Assembly (NCBI GenBank): GCA_048213135.1
Contig: PS015014.1
Coordinates: 184,973 to 212,740 of the forward strand
Reading direction: 5' to 3'
Source: Reclinomonas americana ATCC 50394
Lineage: Eukaryota
DNA: 27,768 nt
The position numbers and the translations under genes are program-made. Positions 23,385 through 27,768 of this stretch are shown piece by piece. The notes under the pieces are model-generated. The model saw only the letters and a list, made by a program, of their open reading frames with translations. It had not been told where the DNA came from and did not search any database. Numbering within the stretch: the first letter of the stretch is position 1; every line of letters starts with the position of its first letter.

Positions 23385-26300
23385 ATGCTTGATCAGTTTG
23401 TGATTTGCACACGTGGCGGCCTGGTGCTGTTCCACTGGGAACCTCGCGGCGCGCTTCCTGTGCCCGGTCGTCCCATCAACACGCTCATGTCCGCACTTCT
23501 CGAGGCATGTTCCTCCGCCCTGCCTTGCTCTCTCTCTCTGTTGCTCTCTGTCGCGCGCGCGCTCTCTCTCTTTGTGTTTGAATGTCTCTCAGTTGGATTG
23601 GCCACCAACGTCTCAAATTGGTTGTTTCTCTTTTGTGCGCGCGCGTCACACAGGGTCGCAGTGGCAGTGTGGAGACGGAGACGCACGCGGTGAAGCATTT
23701 GGTGGTCAACGAGCACAGCATCATTCTTGCAGTTGCGTTGTTGAATGCGATCACGCCACGCCACACGCAATGCGCGCCGAATCACTGACGCCGAATCCCT
23801 CAGGCGGTGTTTAGCAAGAAGCGACCGCTGCCGTACATAGACCTGCTGTTGCGACAGGAGCGCGATGCGTTTGTGAAGGAGTTTGGTGCGGCTGCGTTGC
23901 GGCAGCCGGCGCTGCATCGGTTTGAGGAGTTTGTCGGGCGCTTTGACGCGGTGCTGGCCGACGTTGAAACCGATCACTTTTCGCGACGTGGTGCTGGGCG
24001 CAAGATGGTGACCTCGGCCGGCAGCGATGGCGACGATGATGAGGCGGAGAATAGCGATGGAGAGGTGTCGTCGCATGCGGTGCGAGGCAAGAACGGCACC
24101 ACCACCACCACCACCACCACCACCACGACGGTCACGGCGTCGGAGGAGGACGAGTCGTCGGGACCGCACACCCCGCAGGCGGATCGCTTCTTGCGCGTGG
24201 GCAACGATCTCGGCCGCTCCTCGTCCGATCCCATGAGCTTGTCGCCCGACGGTTCTCCGTCGGCCGCCAGCGATGGTTCCGGTGTGCAGAGTGACCAGGG
24301 ATCGCCGTCGTCGGCGGGCGACGCTGCTCGCAGGGCACTAGGCAAGCTGCTGCCCAGAGGAGTTGGTGAGTTCTCTTTGTTGTCGTTGTTGTGTAGATTG
24401 TCGCTGACTGGCTCGTGGTCAGGCGCCAAGGCTCCTCGTCGCACTGGTTTGGTGGCCAAGGCGGTCAAGAAGCCAGCCGAGTTGCGTGCTTGTGATTGTG
24501 TGCACGAGTATGTGTGCATGTGCTCACGATGGTGTTGTTGTTGTTGCTGCTGCCGTGATCGACAGGCCACCAAAACCAAAGGGCAAGCAGAAGACGAACT
24601 GGGACGATCTGATGCCCGACGACGGAACACGCGCTGTAACCGAGGATCGCATTCGCGCTCACGACCGATCGGCGGTGCTTACAGAGGAGGAGAGGCGAGA
24701 GGCCGAGGAACGCGAGGTGACGGAGACACGTCGTCGCTTCCTGAGGAGCCCCAGCAGTGGTAACGATGGTGGTGGTGCCAGTGGATCGGGATCCAGCAGC
24801 TCCGCCCCTGCCGACAATCCGCGCACCAGTGGAGGCTTGCTGTCGTACTTTAGTCGGCTGGTGGGTGGTGCACCGCTGACGGAGGAAACCCTGGCGCCGG
24901 CCCTGGAAAAGGTCAAGGACAAGCTGATGACGAAGAATGTGGCCGCCGGTATTGCCGACGAGCTGTGTGCCGGAATTCAGCAAGAGTTGCTCGGCAAGAG
25001 CCTCGGCACTTTTAATAGTTGCGTGGGGGAAGGAGGAAATAGGAAAGGGGAGGGCGAAGAGAAGAAAGATGAGGAGGAGGAGTGTCACAATTGCTGATCG
25101 AAGGGCGCACTCTGCAGCTGTGGCGTCGTCCGTGTCCAAGGCGCTGGAGGATTCACTGCGTCGTATTCTGACACCGAAGCAAAATATCGACGTGTTGCGC
25201 GAGGTGACGCGTGCGCGGGAGGAGGAAAATCGACCGTACACGATTGTGTTTGTGGGTGTGAATGGTGTGGGCAAGAGCACGTCGTTGGCCAAGGTGTGTG
25301 TGTGTGAAAGAGAGACAAGGGAAGGGAAGGGAGTATGAGTGCGCAGCTTACGGTCTTTTTTCCAGGTGTGCTACTGGCTGCTTCAGCAACGCAAGCAAGT
25401 GATGATCACGGCGTGCGACACATTCCGTTCGGGTGCCGTGGAACAGCTGCGTACTCATGCGCGTGCCTTGGACGTGGAGCTGTTTGAGCGTGGCTACGGC
25501 AAGGATCCGGCCGCCATTGCGCAGGAGGGCATTCGATATGGTGCGTGGTAGGGGAAGGAAGGAGAGATGGGGAGGGAGGAAGGAGGGAGGATGCCAAGGA
25601 AGAGAGAGGAAAGGAAGGTGACAAGCAGAACGTGACAGAGGCAGAGAGGGGAAGGAAGGAGAGAAAGAGAGGGAAGAAAGTGAGGAGAGAGAAAGAGAGA
25701 GGGTGAGTGAGTGAATGAGTAGAGAGAAGGAGAGGAAGAAAGCGACAAGAGAGAGAGAGGAAGGAAGGAAGGAAGGAGAGATACGGAGGAAGTAAAGAAA
25801 GGATAGGGAACGAGAAGGAAGAGTGGGCGAGGGCCACAGAGAAAAAGATAGAAAGAGACTGAGGAAGTGTGAGAAAAGGGAGCGGAAATAAATAAGTATG
25901 GAAGCGACTCACAGAGAAAGATAGAGACGGAGGCGGGGGGGGAGTGAGAGACGGAGGCGGGGGGAGTGAGAGAAAGGCAGAGTGAGTGTCCGTGTATTCT
26001 AACTGCCTCCCTCTCCTACTTGCACAGGCAAGGACAACGGCAAGGATGTGGTGCTGATCGACACAGCCGGACGCATGCAAGACAACATGCCGCTGATGGA
26101 GGCACTGGCCAAATTGATCCACTTCAATTCTCCCGACTTGATTCTCTTTGTCGGCGAGGCACTGGTCGGCAACGACGCCGTGGATCAGCTGACGAAATTT
26201 AACCAGGCTCTGCAGGACCTGACCCCGGCCGGTCGACCATCGCGTCTCATCGATGGTATTGTGCTCACCAAATACGACACTGTCGACGACAAGGTTCGAT

Positions 26301-26490
26301 ATGTGCAGTATCTTCCTCCCTCGCTCGTTCGTCCCGTGCATGTGACACTCGCGTTCCGTTGCAGGTCGGCGCTGCCATCTCCATGGTGTCGTCCACGGGT
26401 CAGCCGATTCTGTTTGTGGGCGTGGGCCAGACGTACACGGATATTCGTGTGCTGAATGTGGATCGCATTGTGGAGGCGTTGATGCGGTGA
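23385..26490 (+). CDS. SRPRA: Signal recognition particle receptor subunit alpha
   Basis: Longin N-terminus [18 protein letters not shown] GTPase motifs [47 protein letters not shown] and [13 protein letters not shown]. Confidence 0.97.
24098..24129 (+). repeat. Coding (ACC)n repeat giving poly-Thr in the SRPRA linker
   Basis: Tandem ACC/ACG codons translate as TTTTTTTTTTT. Confidence 0.85.
25541..26027 (+). repeat. Purine-rich (GA) low-complexity intron of SRPRA, 487 nt
   Basis: GTGCGT...GCACAG intron made mostly of G and A, much longer than neighbouring introns. Confidence 0.8.
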
Positions 26491-27200
26491 CACGCCGCGC
26501 ATGCAACACGTGCGTGCGCGCGCGCGTGCCACAATTGCTGCTGTTGTGTTGTTGTTGCTGTTGTTATAGACGGTATGAATGAGGGGAATGATGAGGATGC
26601 GGTGGCATGCGTATGGTTGCAATCACAACGGGCGCGATATATGTATTTTTACCGGTCACCGCGCTCAAATTGACCCCCGCACCCGACACCGGCGTCGGGG
26701 GTAGCGTGCGGAGATAGTTCTACGCCAAAGTTTGCCACCGCACATACGCACACGCCATTGGTGGCAGAAAAGGAATGGCGCGTGCACATGCGCGAATCCA
26801 CCGTAATTGCTTCCAATAAGTCGCCAAATTCCAACTAGCCGGTCGAATCGCCTGGCGCGGGTCGCAATCGGACCGAGACTCGATGTGGACCACCACCACC
26901 TGCCCCCGCCTTCCCCTCGAGATGCACGCGTGGCAGCCACCGCCCTACGAGCACTGACTCCGCGCATCTCCGACACAAAGCATCACGCAGCGAGCACGAT
27001 CGCGCCGAAGCGCCACCGACCGGACTTTGATTTTTGGACATGTGTCCGTCTCCGCCGCATTTGTATTTTTTGTCTCCTCGCCGAGAGAAGACCACCTACC
27101 CGCACCCAACACACTCACGCGAATCGCACATCGCTTTTGTGTCAACTCGACCTCTCTTACACACTCGCTATCTCTGTCGTTTGTTTGCTTTGTTTACACT

Positions 27201-27749
27201 ATGACAATGTATCGCGGCAGTGGCGGTGCATCAGCATCGCATCACCAGGTGGCGGCCGCATCACACGCGGTCTCCGCCGTGGCTGCAGCAGTCGCTGTGG
27301 CAGTGGCACAGCAACACCAGCACCAACATCAGCAGCATCGCTCTCCACCTCCAGCAGCATCATCACGGCTGACAACGACTGCTCACCCTCACGGCCACCA
27401 CCACCACGCACAACGCAACAATGGCGCACCTGCTGCTAGTGCGACTGCAACTGTGGCGCCCTCATTGACAACGACGACGGCAACGCGCCGGACACGAAAC
27501 GAGTCAATGCGCCAGTCGTCGCCCACTCGTCGCCGCTCTTCATCGTCATCGACCGACTCTGCTGCACCAGTAGCACCAGCGCCAGCGCCAGCAGCAGTGG
27601 CGATCACCACATCACCCACGGCAATGATGAGTGCTGCCGAGTCGGCGGCGGCCGCGCGCGAGAAGCTTCCACACTGGTTCTCCAAGAAGCAGTCGGCCAA
27701 GTACAAGACCGAGATGTGCCGCAGCGTGCTGGCCACGGGCTTCTGCAAG
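27201..27749 (+). CDS. TTP/ZFP36(TIS11)-type CCCH zinc-finger protein, first exon (gene runs off the window)
   Basis: Open frame from the ATG at 27201 through Ala/His/Ser-rich sequence to KYKTEMCRSVLATGFCK (YKTELC lead-in, C-x8-C), then the donor GTTCGT at 27750. Confidence 0.85.
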
Positions 27750-27768
27750 GTTCGTTTGTGTGTGTGTG

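Noticed and set aside
149-24565. Reading some junctions as non-canonical TT...GG introns (AG|TT donors)
   Set aside because: This is only ambiguous where the acceptor is followed by G. At 6998, 15670, 17810, 21537 and 25018 the GT-AG placement gives sensible boundaries and the alternative does not.
1-27768. CRISPR arrays, tRNA/rRNA genes, transposons, introner-like repeated introns, alternative genetic code
   Set aside because: None seen. Shifted-donor introns share only the first 7 nt and not their bodies, and TAA, TAG and TGA all end conserved genes.

Overview
Gene-dense, intron-rich eukaryotic genomic window (short ~55-100 nt spliceosomal introns, GT/CT microsatellites, five N gaps). It is probably from a flagellated protist, since CCDC81 is present; I cannot name the taxon. 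Manual splicing gives about 13 genes in order: DLAT 3' part, a USP25/28/Ubp2-like protein that appears catalytically dead, SNW1/SKIP (first exon inverted between gaps), a complex I NUUM/KFYI-type subunit, a DUF3592-like membrane protein with a mitochondrial-type presequence, two hypothetical genes, IWS1, CCDC81, BABAM1, eIF3i, SRPRA and the start of a TTP/ZFP36-type CCCH gene. The main signal is a second class of 5' splice site. About 19 introns in 10 genes start GTT-NN-G(T) (GTTGCGT, GTTGAGT, GTTTCGT, GTTGTGT, GTTACGT), i.e. an ordinary donor motif with one extra T, and 18 of the 19 follow a non-G exon base. This resembles the +1 shifted/bulged U1 register that is very rare in humans but appears common here. 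All exon boundaries are inferred from reading frame and remembered protein homology, not from transcripts.
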